Source: Escherichia phage vB_EcoM_ECO78
Sequence record: PP526941.1
Reading direction: 5' to 3' (one strand)
Length of the DNA: 64,000 bases
Each line of letters opens with the position of its first letter. Within the stretch, counting starts at the first letter, position 1. This document shows positions 19,391-29,728 of the stretch, piece by piece. Below the pieces are notes generated by a model. That model ran no database searches. It was not told where the DNA came from and was given only the letters and a program-made list of their open reading frames with translations. Position numbers and translations under genes: made by a program.

Positions 19391-21159
19391 AAAAGCCACA
19401 AGAAATGCAAACGATGCGTAGAAAAGTTATTTCAGATAATAAACCAACACAGGAAGCGGCTAAATCCGCTTCCAACACTTTATCTGGACTTAACGATATA
19501 TCTACGAAATTGGATGATGCTCAAGCTGCTTCTGAATTAATTGCTCAAACTGTCGAAGAAAAATCGAATGAAATAATTGGAGCAATTGACAATGTAGAAA
19601 GCGCAGTGAGTGATACTACTGCCGGTTCTGAGTTAATTGCTGAAACTGTTGAAATTGGCAACAATATTAATAAAGAAATCGGTGAATCACTCGGGAGCAA
19701 ATTAGATAAATTAACAAGTTTACTAGAGCAAAAAATTCAGACAGCTGGAATTCAACAGACTGGAACTAGTTTAGCCACGGTTGAAAGCGCTATTCCTGTT
19801 AAAGTTGTTGAGGATGATACAGCCGAATCTGTGGGTCCTTTATTACCGGCCCCCGAAGCAGTTAATAATGATCCTGATGCTGATTTTTTCCCTACCCCTC
19901 AGCCAGTTGAGCCAAAGCAAGAATCACCAGAAGAAAAACAGAAAAAAGAAGCATTTAACTTAAAATTATCTCAAGCTTTAGATAAATTAACAAAGACAGT
20001 TGATTTTGGATTTAAGAAATCTATTTCAATTACTGATAAAATATCAAGCATGCTATTTAAGTACACCGTCAGTGCTGCTATTGAAGCTGCTAAAATGACT
20101 GCAATGATATTGGCTGTTGTTGTTGGAATAGACCTTTTGATGGTGCACTTTAAATACTGGTCAGGTAAATTTTCACAAGCCTGGGACTTGTTTAGTGCAA
20201 ACTTTACTAAATTCTCTAGCGAAACCGGAACATGGGGTCCTTTATTACAGAGCATCTTTGGTTCTATTGATAAAATTCAACAATTTTGGGAAAAGGGAGA
20301 TTGGGGCGGATTGACAGCAGCTATCATAGAAGGACTCGGAAGTGTTCTTTTTAATTTAGGAGAGCTTATTCAATTAGGTATGGCTAAATTATCTGCTGCA
20401 ATTCTTCGAGTCATTCCTGGCATGAAAGACACTGCTGATGAAGTAGAAGGAAGAGCACTGGAAAATTTCCAAAATACTACTGGAGCATCTCTCAATAAAG
20501 AAGACCAGGAAAAAGTTGCAAATTATCAGTACAAAAGAATGAATGGAGACCTTGGTCCAATAGCAAAAGGATTAGACAAAATTGCGAACTGGAAAACTCG
20601 TGCATCTAACTGGATTCGTGGTGTAGATAATAAAGAAGCACTAACAACTGATGAAGAGAGAGCAGAGGAAGAAGAAAAATTAAAGCAGCTTTCTCCAGAG
20701 GAAGCTAAAATTGCTTTAATGAAAGCTAATGAAGCTCGTGCTGCGATGAATCGTTTTGAAAAATATGCTGATTCAGCTGATATGAGTAAAGACTCAACGG
20801 TTAAATCTGTTGAATCTGCCTATGAAGACCTTAAAAAACGGATGGATGACCCGGATTTAAACAATTCACCGGCAGTTAAAAAAGAACTTGCTGCTAGATT
20901 TTCTAAAATTGATGCTACTTATCAAGAGCTCAAGAAAAATCAGCCTAATGCCAAACCTGAAACTTCTGCTAAATCGCCAGAAGCAAAACAAGTCCAGGTA
21001 ATAGAAAAGAACAAAGCACAGCAAGCTCCTGTTCAACAAGCATCTCCTTCGATCAATAATACTAATAATGTTGTTAAGAAAAATACTGTCGTTCATAATA
21101 TGACACCTGTCACAAGCACAACTGCTCCTGGTGTATTTGATGCGACTGGAGTTAATTAA
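19387..21159 (+). CDS. 29: baseplate hub / tail length determinator gp29
   Basis: 590 aa; long helical Ala/Glu/Lys-rich segments; synteny. Confidence 0.88.
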   Translation: MKKPQEMQTMRRKVISDNKPTQEAAKSASNTLSGLNDISTKLDDAQAASELIAQTVEEKSNEIIGAIDNVESAVSDTTAGSELIAETVEIGNNINKEIGESLGSKLDKLTSLLEQKIQTAGIQQTGTSLATVESAIPVKVVEDDTAESVGPLLPAPEAVNNDPDADFFPTPQPVEPKQESPEEKQKKEAFNLKLSQALDKLTKTVDFGFKKSISITDKISSMLFKYTVSAAIEAAKMTAMILAVVVGIDLLMVHFKYWSGKFSQAWDLFSANFTKFSSETGTWGPLLQSIFGSIDKIQQFWEKGDWGGLTAAIIEGLGSVLFNLGELIQLGMAKLSAAILRVIPGMKDTADEVEGRALENFQNTTGASLNKEDQEKVANYQYKRMNGDLGPIAKGLDKIANWKTRASNWIRGVDNKEALTTDEERAEEEEKLKQLSPEEAKIALMKANEARAAMNRFEKYADSADMSKDSTVKSVESAYEDLKKRMDDPDLNNSPAVKKELAARFSKIDATYQELKKNQPNAKPETSAKSPEAKQVQVIEKNKAQQAPVQQASPSINNTNNVVKKNTVVHNMTPVTSTTAPGVFDATGVN

Positions 21160-21167
21160 GGAATAAT

Positions 21168-22262
21168 ATGGCAATTGTTAAAGAAATAACTACTGATTTA
21201 ATTAAAAAGTCCGGTGAGAAAATTTCAGCCGGACAGAGTACTAAATCAGAAGTAGGAACTAAAACATACACTGCCCAGTTTCCAACTGGGCGTGCTAGTG
21301 GTAATGACACTACAGGGGACTTCCAGGTAACAGATCTATATAAGAATGGATTATTATTTACTGCATACAATATGTCATCTAGGGATTCTGGAAGTCTTAG
21401 ATCAATGAGATCTAACTACTCTTCTTCATCTTCGAGTATTTTAAGTACAGCTAGAAACACTATTAGTAGTACAGTATCAAAACTATCAAATGGATTAATA
21501 TCAAATAATAATTCAGGAACAATAAGTAAAGCTCCTGTCGCAAACATTCTTTTACCGAGATCTAAATCTGATGTTGACACATCATCACATAGATTTAATG
21601 ATGTTCAAGAAAGCCTTATCAGCAGAGGCGGAGGTACTGCTACTGGTGTGCTAAGTAATATTGCTTCAACCGCAGTATTTGGGGCACTGGAAAGTATAAC
21701 ACAAGGTATAATGGCTGATAATAATGAGCAGATTTATACGACAGCCAGAAGTATGTACGGTGGTGCTGAAAATAGAACTAAAGTGTTTACATGGGATTTG
21801 ACTCCACGTTCAACAGAAGATTTAATGGCTATTATTAATATCTATCAGTATTTTAACTATTTTTCTTATGGTGAAACAGGTAAATCTCAATATGCTGCTG
21901 AAATAAAGGGGTATTTAGATGATTGGTATCGTTCTACATTAATTGAACCTTTATCTCCGGAAGACGCAGCTAAAAATAAAACACTATTTGAGAAAATGAC
22001 AGCAAGTTTAACGAACGTTCTTGTAGTTTCAAACCCGACAATTTGGATGGTGAAAAACTTTGGTGCAACATCTAAGTTTGATGGAAAAACGGAAATATTT
22101 GGTCCATGCCAAATACAGAGCATTAGATTTGATAAAACACCTAATGGTAACTTTAACGGATTAGCTATTGCTCCAAACCTCCCTAGTACATTTACTCTCG
22201 AGATTACTATGAGAGAAATTATCACGTTAAACCGTGCTTCTTTATATGCGGGGACTTTTTAA
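21168..22262 (+). CDS. 48: baseplate tail-tube cap protein gp48
   Basis: 364 aa; synteny. Confidence 0.88.
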   Translation: MAIVKEITTDLIKKSGEKISAGQSTKSEVGTKTYTAQFPTGRASGNDTTGDFQVTDLYKNGLLFTAYNMSSRDSGSLRSMRSNYSSSSSSILSTARNTISSTVSKLSNGLISNNNSGTISKAPVANILLPRSKSDVDTSSHRFNDVQESLISRGGGTATGVLSNIASTAVFGALESITQGIMADNNEQIYTTARSMYGGAENRTKVFTWDLTPRSTEDLMAIINIYQYFNYFSYGETGKSQYAAEIKGYLDDWYRSTLIEPLSPEDAAKNKTLFEKMTASLTNVLVVSNPTIWMVKNFGATSKFDGKTEIFGPCQIQSIRFDKTPNGNFNGLAIAPNLPSTFTLEITMREIITLNRASLYAGTF

Positions 22263-23227
22263 TGTATTCTTTAGAGGAATTTAATAATCAAGCAATAAAT
22301 GCAGATTTCCAACGTAATAATATGTTTAGCTGCGTTTTTGCAACAACTCCATCAACTAAAAGCTCTTCGTTGATAAGTTCAATTAGCAACTTTTCTTATA
22401 ATAACTTGGGCCTAAATTCAGATTGGTTAGGATTAACTCAAGGTGATATTAATCAGGGAATTACCACGCTAATTACAGCTGGCACACAAAAACTGATAAG
22501 AAAATCAGGGGTTAGTAAATATCTTATTGGTGCCATGAGTCAACGTACAGTTCAAAGTTTATTAGGCTCATTTACAGTTGGTACATATTTAATTGACTTC
22601 TTTAACATGGCATATAACTCATCTGGATTGATGATATACTCTGTAAAAATGCCAGAGAATAGATTATCCTATGAAACTGACTGGAACTATAATTCTCCTA
22701 ATATTCGTATAACTGGGAGAGAATTAGACCCTTTGGTTATTTCATTTAGAATGGATTCAGAAGCTTGTAACTATCGTGCAATGCAAGACTGGGTTAACTC
22801 TGTTCAAGACCCAGTAACTGGACTGCGTGCTTTGCCACAAGATGTCGAGGCAGATATTCAGGTTAATCTTCATTCTCGCAATGGATTACCTCATACTGCG
22901 GTGATGTTCACCGGATGCATTCCAATATCAGTGAGCGCTCCTGAGTTATCATATGATGGAGATAACCAAATAACTACATTTGATGTTACTTTTGCGTACA
23001 GAGTGATGCAGGCTGGAGCGGTTGATAGGCAAGCTGCGCTTGAATGGCTTGAATCTGCTGCTATAAATGGTATTCAAAGCGTTCTCGGAAATAGTGGAGG
23101 TGTTACTGGACTATCTAATTCGCTTTCACGACTTAGTAGATTAGGAGGAACTGCAGGAAGCATTTCAAACATTAACACTATGACAGGAATTGTCAATTCG
23201 CAGAGTAAAATATTAGGAGCAATATAA
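22262..23227 (+). CDS. 54: baseplate tail-tube initiator gp54
   Basis: 321 aa; synteny; ATGA-coupled to gene 48. Confidence 0.88.
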   Translation: MYSLEEFNNQAINADFQRNNMFSCVFATTPSTKSSSLISSISNFSYNNLGLNSDWLGLTQGDINQGITTLITAGTQKLIRKSGVSKYLIGAMSQRTVQSLLGSFTVGTYLIDFFNMAYNSSGLMIYSVKMPENRLSYETDWNYNSPNIRITGRELDPLVISFRMDSEACNYRAMQDWVNSVQDPVTGLRALPQDVEADIQVNLHSRNGLPHTAVMFTGCIPISVSAPELSYDGDNQITTFDVTFAYRVMQAGAVDRQAALEWLESAAINGIQSVLGNSGGVTGLSNSLSRLSRLGGTAGSISNINTMTGIVNSQSKILGAI

Positions 23228-23231
23228 CAAT

Positions 23232-23249
23232 GGGGACCTTTCGGTCCCC
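23232..23249. terminator. bidirectional rho-independent terminator between gene 54 and the convergent alt-region genes
   Basis: GGGGACC-UUUC-GGUCCCC followed by AUAUUUUUAUUU. Confidence 0.65.
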
Positions 23250-23255
23250 ATATTT

Positions 23256-23546
23256 TTATTTACGGAATGAAATGAAAGCAGCAACTGAAGCAACTAAACT
23301 GTCTTCAATATAAACTTCAATTTTTACCGGAGCTTCTGACTCAAATTTACCTGTTACTACACCCTGAAAAATACTTTCAGTCTGTTCTGGTTTTGAAAAA
23401 TTTTCAGAAGGAAAAATTCCGAACTTTTTATCTGTTCCAAAAATTTTGATAAATTCATCGTAAACTGCTTCATTAAAAGCATTATCAGCAGGAATAACGC
23501 CTTCAACTACAAGTTCTTGACCTAAAAAGCGTAAAGAAGATTTCAT
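23256..23546 (-). CDS. hypothetical protein downstream of alt
   Basis: 96-aa ORF with GAGGA SD, driven by an early-type promoter/leader cassette. Confidence 0.55.
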   Translation of the reverse strand: MKSSLRFLGQELVVEGVIPADNAFNEAVYDEFIKIFGTDKKFGIFPSENFSKPEQTESIFQGVVTGKFESEAPVKIEVYIEDSLVASVAAFISFRK

Positions 23547-23577
23547 TTTGTGTTCCTCATGTTATGTCAGTAAGACT

Positions 23578-23607
23578 ACTATAACACAACACGAGGGACT
23601 TGTAAAC
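23578..23607 (-). promoter_or_regulatory. T4 early-type promoter (copy 1 of a duplicated promoter/leader cassette)
   Basis: Minus strand: GTTTACA (-35), 17-18 nt spacer, TATAGT (-10), leader ...CAUAACAUGAGGA to ATG; near-identical to 38401-38454. Confidence 0.55.
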
Positions 23608-25664
23608 TACATTTTGAACTTTTTAGACATTCCGTTGATGTTAACCAAAGAAGCTAAGATTTGAGAAACTTCATTTTCCTCTTCTTTTGATTCTTCTACA
23701 AGGAATTGATTAAATCCAGCCATTGGACGAACTTCACCAGTTTCCATTAGATGGTCGCCATCATATACCGATTCCTCTAATTGTTCAGAAGGAGGAACGA
23801 TTGTACCTTCGATTAGATACTTGTTATAAGCAGTTTCTTTCATAAAGTACGTACTTACTTTATTAATCTTCAGTAAAATTCCACGTGGTAGAATAACTTC
23901 AGCTTCTGATGGAAATCCTGATAAATGACCTGGAACGATAACTTTGATTCGTTCAGCTCCTTTAATTACCATACCCACGCTAGTTTCAGCATCTTCATTA
24001 GCATATGTAGAATGACTACCCATATGCATCAAATCTTCTGCATCAACGGAACCTTCTCCTTCACCAGAAAATACTGCGCCGGAATCATCTAGAGCCATAT
24101 AGTTTTTACCATGCTCGCCGAAGATATTTGGTTTAAGTGATGTTGATACGAAGTTCTTGAAATAGAACATTTTATTTTCAATGTTATGACGCAAAGTTTT
24201 AAAGGTAACTTCTTGTCCGCGATAAAGCGTAGTTCCTGGAGGAAGAACTGATCCTTTGGCAAAGGCAGAATCAAGCGTCTCAATATGTTTAATAGCTCGT
24301 TCCATATATTCTTCACGGGTAGAATCTGGTTTACCCAAAAGGAACGAGTTCATTTCAACATATGAATCTGCACAATAATCTTCAATTACATCAGATTCAG
24401 CTTGAGTTAATCCTTTTGGAGTTACTTCAGTACTTGCATATTCATACGCCTGAGCGGCAGATTCATTAATCAATTTATAAATGCCATTCATTACAAATTG
24501 AATAATAGCTGTCTTTTCATCTGGCGTGGCTTTAGAACCTTTAACTAAATCATTAATAATTTTCTTAATAACATCAAAGCTATTAGAAATATTAATGTCA
24601 GCAAGATCGCTTAAAATTTTATCAGTTTTATAATCAAAGAATTCTTTATTCTTTAAATATTCTTGAGAACCTTGATATGTTATATCGCTCTGCAACTTGA
24701 TAGATGGATCACGTAAACGTGCATGGGCTAATGCAATATGATTTCGGAAGTTTTCTAGTTCATAATCGCTAGATTTAAAACGAGAAGCACTTCTCATACC
24801 ACCAATAGCTCCTTTGTTGAAGTTTGAACCAATCTGAATAACGCCAGAGTTCATCGGACCTTCTGCTTTATATACCGGAACCTTAGATTCAAACTCTTGA
24901 TATTTCTTAGCAGCGAAGCTATCACCCTGAAGTGAAGCATCAACAGTAGAATATTGAGCTTGTGCTGCTAATCGACGACTAATTTTAGTTTTCTGAATAA
25001 CAGCTTGATCAGTGCGCTTATCATTTTCTAAAGCAATAGAAGCAGCAACAGCGACAGCTTTAGGAACAGCATTACCTGTTTTAACGTCTACATAAACATC
25101 ACCAACCTTTGATTCAACTTTTGTGAATAACTCAGTTGAAATAGGAGGTACACCTGGAATGTCTTCTAAATTGGCATTTTTACGGTAAACCATAATATAT
25201 GCATACTTTTTATCATAGTCCCAGATTTCCTTTAAAAGAACATAACGACCTGCTCCTTTAGTACGTACTAAACGGTCAGCAATAACTTGCATTTGACGAG
25301 CTGCGCCATTTGTTTTACTTTTTAGTACGCGGAATAAGCATGCATCAATTTTATACTGTTTCATTGTTTGAAGAGCAGTATCAAAAACAGCATTAATGAC
25401 ACCAATTGGATTTCCACCCAAGTTTTTAAGCTTAACCAGCGATAGTTTCTCATTAACACCTATCATTACGATATGCATCATTTTATCGCCTGGCTTAACG
25501 TTTTTATTTGTATCACCGCCAGAGGTGTATGTACAAAATCTAAATCCAGGAAGCACGCTTTCTTCACCAGCTTGAATAGCAAAAATTTGAGGTATTTTAT
25601 GCTTAGGATTTAAGTTAACAACCGGCGCCGAAGCGCCGTCAAATAATTCTGTAATAAGTTCCAT
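23607..25664 (-). CDS. Alt-like ADP-ribosyltransferase, downstream paralogue
   Basis: 685 aa; N-terminus MELITELFDGASAPVVNLNPKHKIPQIF parallels the upstream Alt; C-terminal R-S-E ART signature (YRGQ...FVSTSL...SEAEVILPRG). Confidence 0.8.
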   Translation of the reverse strand: MELITELFDGASAPVVNLNPKHKIPQIFAIQAGEESVLPGFRFCTYTSGGDTNKNVKPGDKMMHIVMIGVNEKLSLVKLKNLGGNPIGVINAVFDTALQTMKQYKIDACLFRVLKSKTNGAARQMQVIADRLVRTKGAGRYVLLKEIWDYDKKYAYIMVYRKNANLEDIPGVPPISTELFTKVESKVGDVYVDVKTGNAVPKAVAVAASIALENDKRTDQAVIQKTKISRRLAAQAQYSTVDASLQGDSFAAKKYQEFESKVPVYKAEGPMNSGVIQIGSNFNKGAIGGMRSASRFKSSDYELENFRNHIALAHARLRDPSIKLQSDITYQGSQEYLKNKEFFDYKTDKILSDLADINISNSFDVIKKIINDLVKGSKATPDEKTAIIQFVMNGIYKLINESAAQAYEYASTEVTPKGLTQAESDVIEDYCADSYVEMNSFLLGKPDSTREEYMERAIKHIETLDSAFAKGSVLPPGTTLYRGQEVTFKTLRHNIENKMFYFKNFVSTSLKPNIFGEHGKNYMALDDSGAVFSGEGEGSVDAEDLMHMGSHSTYANEDAETSVGMVIKGAERIKVIVPGHLSGFPSEAEVILPRGILLKINKVSTYFMKETAYNKYLIEGTIVPPSEQLEESVYDGDHLMETGEVRPMAGFNQFLVEESKEEENEVSQILASLVNINGMSKKFKM

Positions 25665-25667
25665 GAT

Positions 25668-27764
25668 TTATCCTTGAACGAACTTGTAAGGCATGTTTGT
25701 AATATCTATGCAAGACGCAATAATTCCAAGAGATGATTCTACTTTTTGTTTAACATTTGATGAAACAAACGATGCAAAGTCAACTCTGTCTTCTATTTCA
25801 ATATCACCTGTCATTGCAACTACTTCACCGGTTTCCATTAGACGGTCACCGTCATAAATTACTGATTCGGTGAGTTCTTCCGTAGTCATAACTTCAGCTT
25901 GAATGAGTTTTGTATTATTAGATGTTGTTCCGTCATTATTAGAAGCATCAGTTATTTTATTAACTTTGACCATCAATCCGCGTGGTAGAATAACTTCAGC
26001 TTCTGTTGCTATTCCGAGACTTCCTGGATATACAACATTAACTTTATGAGCTCCATCAATTGCCCATCCTATTTGAACTTTAACGTATTCAGGATTTTCT
26101 TTATACGCTCTTATTTCGTTTGGATTAATAGTTATTCCTTCTTCATTTTTATCAACTGTCAATTCATTACGAGCTTCTGGTTCTAAAAGACCAATACCAG
26201 CATGCGTAATTCCAAAACGTCCAAAAATGATAGGAGTTAAAGAAGTAGATACAAAATTTCTGAAATAAAACACTTTATTTTTAACTAGTGCTTCGTATAT
26301 AGGAGCAGTCATGCTTTGAGCACGATAAACTGTAATGCCTTCTGGTATACGGTCACCGTTTTCAAAAGCTGAATCTAAGTTATTTATAGCAGATTCAATT
26401 TCTTTTTCACTCATTACATCATATCGTTCTGGATTGTAGCGACCCAAAAGAAGATTATTGATGTCAGTATATCCTGAACCGCAATACTCTCTAATGCCGC
26501 GCTTTTGTGATGGAGTATATTTAGAACCATCACGGGCAATAGTAATATCAATCATTGGACCTGCACCAATTCCAGAAAAGCTATAAATCATTCGTTTGAG
26601 GAATTTAGTTTTTGCTGCGTTCCAGGAATTTTTAGTTATTTCTTCCCAGACTTCATCTGGCTGTCCTTTACGGGTTTTATTATGTTTATCAAGCCAATTA
26701 TCTTTATATTCTTCAAAGAATTTATTAACAGCTGCTGCGTATTTCTCTAAACATTTTATTGAAGTAGTTGGTTCATTTTTAATCGCATTAAGAATTACAT
26801 CTTTAATTTTTTCAGAAACTTCATCAACCTCACTTTTTGAAAAGAATTTATAGTCATAGTGAAGTTCATTTGCAGTTCCTTCAGCAATAATTTTTGCTGC
26901 CTTAGTTTTAGAAGCTAATGAATTAATTCCAAGCTTCATTTCTTCTGCTTCGGGAATTAAAGGAGCGGTAGCAGGTTTATTAAAATTAGCTGCGGTAGAT
27001 TCATACTTCTGGAATAATTCACTTTCAAATCTAGAAGATTCTAATGATTGACTTTGCGCAATTGCTCTACGGGAAATTTTAACTTTAACAATAACAGCTT
27101 GGTCAGAACGTTTATCATTTTCTTGTGCAATAGATGCTGCAATTGCCTCATTTTTAGTTACTTGAGCTCCAGTATCTTTATTGATATAAACATCACCGAC
27201 CTTCGATTCAACTTTAGTAAAGAGCTCGGTACTAATTTCCGGAACTCCTGGAATGTCTTCTAGTGATACATTTTTGCGATGTATAAGAATATATGCATAC
27301 TTTTTATCATAATCCCAGAGTTCCTTAAGAAGGACGTATCTGCCACCTGAACGACTACGGATGAGCCTATCAGCAATAACTTGAATTTGTCGAGCTTGGC
27401 CAGCAGTTTTAGACTTAAGAATACGAAGCATACAAGCATCAATTTTATACTGACGCATAGTTTGCATTGCAACAGTAAAAACTGAATTGATATAATTAAT
27501 TGGGCTTGGTCCAAGACCTTTTAATTTAGCAATTGAACCTTTAGCAGTTAATGTAAAAGGAACAATATGCATCATTTTATCGCCCATCTTTAAATCACGA
27601 TTAGTATCACCTCCAGATGTATAGGTACATAAACGAAAGCCTGGTTGTTCAATTGCATCATCAACATGAACTGAAAAAATTTGCGGTATTTTCTTCTTTG
27701 GATTTAAGTTTGTAATCGGAAGAGTAGTATCTTCGTCAAATAATTCTGTAATGAGTTCCATCAT
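25668..27764 (-). CDS. alt: NAD-protein ADP-ribosyltransferase Alt (head-packaged)
   Basis: 698 aa (697 if started at the second ATG, 27761); N-terminal capsid-targeting region MELITELFDEDTT...; C-terminal ART motifs YRAQ...FVSTSL...TEAEVILPRG; late promoter upstream. Confidence 0.88.
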   Translation of the reverse strand: MMELITELFDEDTTLPITNLNPKKKIPQIFSVHVDDAIEQPGFRLCTYTSGGDTNRDLKMGDKMMHIVPFTLTAKGSIAKLKGLGPSPINYINSVFTVAMQTMRQYKIDACMLRILKSKTAGQARQIQVIADRLIRSRSGGRYVLLKELWDYDKKYAYILIHRKNVSLEDIPGVPEISTELFTKVESKVGDVYINKDTGAQVTKNEAIAASIAQENDKRSDQAVIVKVKISRRAIAQSQSLESSRFESELFQKYESTAANFNKPATAPLIPEAEEMKLGINSLASKTKAAKIIAEGTANELHYDYKFFSKSEVDEVSEKIKDVILNAIKNEPTTSIKCLEKYAAAVNKFFEEYKDNWLDKHNKTRKGQPDEVWEEITKNSWNAAKTKFLKRMIYSFSGIGAGPMIDITIARDGSKYTPSQKRGIREYCGSGYTDINNLLLGRYNPERYDVMSEKEIESAINNLDSAFENGDRIPEGITVYRAQSMTAPIYEALVKNKVFYFRNFVSTSLTPIIFGRFGITHAGIGLLEPEARNELTVDKNEEGITINPNEIRAYKENPEYVKVQIGWAIDGAHKVNVVYPGSLGIATEAEVILPRGLMVKVNKITDASNNDGTTSNNTKLIQAEVMTTEELTESVIYDGDRLMETGEVVAMTGDIEIEDRVDFASFVSSNVKQKVESSLGIIASCIDITNMPYKFVQG

Positions 27765-27784
27765 ATCCTCTCTAGTGTTTATTC

Positions 27785-27792
27785 TATTTATA
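27785..27792 (-). promoter_or_regulatory. T4-type late promoter (TATAAATA on minus strand) for alt
   Basis: Plus-strand TATTTATA 21 nt upstream of the alt ATG, directly after a terminator hairpin. Confidence 0.55.
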
Positions 27793-27797
27793 AAATT

Positions 27798-27815
27798 AAA
27801 GGCCCGAAGGCCTTT
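27798..27815 (-). terminator. rho-independent terminator separating the gene 30 early unit from alt
   Basis: AAAGGCC-CGAA-GGCCUUU hairpin followed on the minus strand by AAUUUUAUAAAUAG. Confidence 0.5.
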
Positions 27816-28002
27816 AATAATCTATTGGTAAGAGAGTACGATATATTTCAAACTTTGGACCTTTTTCATAGGCATCAAATGTTTCTGTGAATTTATTATA
27901 AGCATATGCATCTATAAATTCAATCATGATTTGTGATACAGAAGTAGAAACATCTCCACCTTCTTTTTGAGCCACGACAATTGTTTCTAAGTAAGCTTTC
28001 AT
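27814..28002 (-). CDS. small hypothetical protein ATGA-coupled to gene 30
   Basis: 62-aa ORF; its ATG overlaps the ligase TGA stop. Confidence 0.45.
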   Translation of the reverse strand: MKAYLETIVVAQKEGGDVSTSVSQIMIEFIDAYAYNKFTETFDAYEKGPKFEIYRTLLPIDY

Positions 28003-29462
28003 AAACCAGTTACCTCATGAAAATCACCAAATACATCTTCGAATGTATTAGCTTTAGTTTTATCTTCACGCAAACGAATCGCAATTGGAAGAAATAATTT
28101 AACGTAATCGGTGCGGCCATCAGATTTTAACCAACCGTTGCATTCGCACTCTAGAATTTTTCCAATATAATAATTTTGGTTTTCCATAATGCGAGTACGG
28201 TCAAGTTCATGCGATTTTACACCGGCTTTATCTTTTAAGCCTGAACCAGCATTTACTTTAATTTTTCCACACTCTGACTCAAGAATAAATCCACCCGCTT
28301 TAGTAGGGTCTTTACGGTGAGGATAAATTCCTACAATTTTTAAATCAACATCAATTACTTCTTTAAATTTATAGAGATTTTTTGAACGAGCATTTTCCCA
28401 TAATCCATCGATATTTTTGAGAATAATACCTTCAAGACCTTGGTCAATATACTTTTTATAAATTACCTTAGCTTCATCCAGGTTATTTACTACTTGGTTT
28501 TCAATTAAAATTACTTTATCATAGCCTGATGTCATTTGTTCTAGTTTAGAAAAACGTACATCATATTTCAAACGAAATGCTGGAAGACCGTATATTTCTA
28601 CCAACGGTACATAATCCCAGACCTGAAACTTCATGCATTGTGCTTCTTTTTCTGAAATAGTTCCCTTTAAAGATTTATTGGCGATGCCATTAGATGCAGT
28701 ACGTGATTCAGCTACTTCTGTGAAGTCTTTAGCTTTACTGTTTTCAGGGTGAGCATCAAAAAGAAAATCTAGGCCTTCTGGTTCCTTTTCAACTTGCTCA
28801 TGGTATACCAATTCGCCATCAATTAACACACCTTCTGGATGAATCTGGCGGGCTTCAGCAGTCATTTTGATTAATTCTTCCTTAAGAAGATCTAATCCTA
28901 GATATTCATTACCAGCTCGTGATAAAAGACGAACATCATCTAATTCATCGCCTCGGACTTCAGCAAAACACCGAGCTCCATCAGCTTTTAACTGGGCAAA
29001 GGCTGGAAATTTGATATTCTTATTAATGCCTTTTTCATCATAAGAACTTGCTAGCATTTGAGGTTGTTCAGGAATTAAACCTGGCCAAACTTTGTTTGCA
29101 ATAGATACTGAAGCACCACATTCAAGGTCTCGCATCATCACTCGACGCAAAACTTCAACATCATCTTTTTTACCGTCAGTAATATAACCTACTAATTCCT
29201 CAATTGCCGCATTTCCAGTCAATTTCCGAGTAGCTAACGTGAATTCAATGAAGTCAAGCATATCGGTAAGAGTCAACATTCCAAAACTCTGGGTAGCAAT
29301 ACCAGGTTTAGGCCATTTCTTGATATAATATTGTAACCCACGAGAATAAGTCAGACGATATACTCGTTTAAGCAATTCATTATCTTTATTCTTTTCAAGA
29401 ATTGCTTGCTTCTGCTTAGTTGAACCAATAGATGCTATTTCGTTCAGAATTTTAAGAATCAT
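27999..29462 (-). CDS. 30: ATP-dependent DNA ligase gp30
   Basis: 487 aa; adenylation motif KADG (AQLKADGARCF); sequence recognised as essentially the T4 DNA ligase. Confidence 0.96.
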   Translation of the reverse strand: MILKILNEIASIGSTKQKQAILEKNKDNELLKRVYRLTYSRGLQYYIKKWPKPGIATQSFGMLTLTDMLDFIEFTLATRKLTGNAAIEELVGYITDGKKDDVEVLRRVMMRDLECGASVSIANKVWPGLIPEQPQMLASSYDEKGINKNIKFPAFAQLKADGARCFAEVRGDELDDVRLLSRAGNEYLGLDLLKEELIKMTAEARQIHPEGVLIDGELVYHEQVEKEPEGLDFLFDAHPENSKAKDFTEVAESRTASNGIANKSLKGTISEKEAQCMKFQVWDYVPLVEIYGLPAFRLKYDVRFSKLEQMTSGYDKVILIENQVVNNLDEAKVIYKKYIDQGLEGIILKNIDGLWENARSKNLYKFKEVIDVDLKIVGIYPHRKDPTKAGGFILESECGKIKVNAGSGLKDKAGVKSHELDRTRIMENQNYYIGKILECECNGWLKSDGRTDYVKLFLPIAIRLREDKTKANTFEDVFGDFHEVTGL

Positions 29463-29728
29463 TGCTCATCCTTTAGAGTTTGGTTTACAGCTCTATTATA
29501 AATCAATTCATCATTAAGCTCAGTCAAAGACCTATGATATGTAGTTCTAACTTTATTTCCTTGCATCCAATGCTTGACGTAAATGAAACCTTGCTCTACA
29601 CATTTTTTAAAAATTCGTTCGTCTTTTTGAGCTCGGAATTCTGGATTGCATCTAAAAAATTGATTTACGTGACCATAATCACGTGTAGTATTACCTTCAT
29701 TTTCATAAATAGTGTGAACAACAAACAT
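29459..29728 (-). CDS. hypothetical protein (position of T4 30.1)
   Basis: 89 aa; ATGA-coupled upstream of gene 30. Confidence 0.55.
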   Translation of the reverse strand: MFVVHTIYENEGNTTRDYGHVNQFFRCNPEFRAQKDERIFKKCVEQGFIYVKHWMQGNKVRTTYHRSLTELNDELIYNRAVNQTLKDEQ

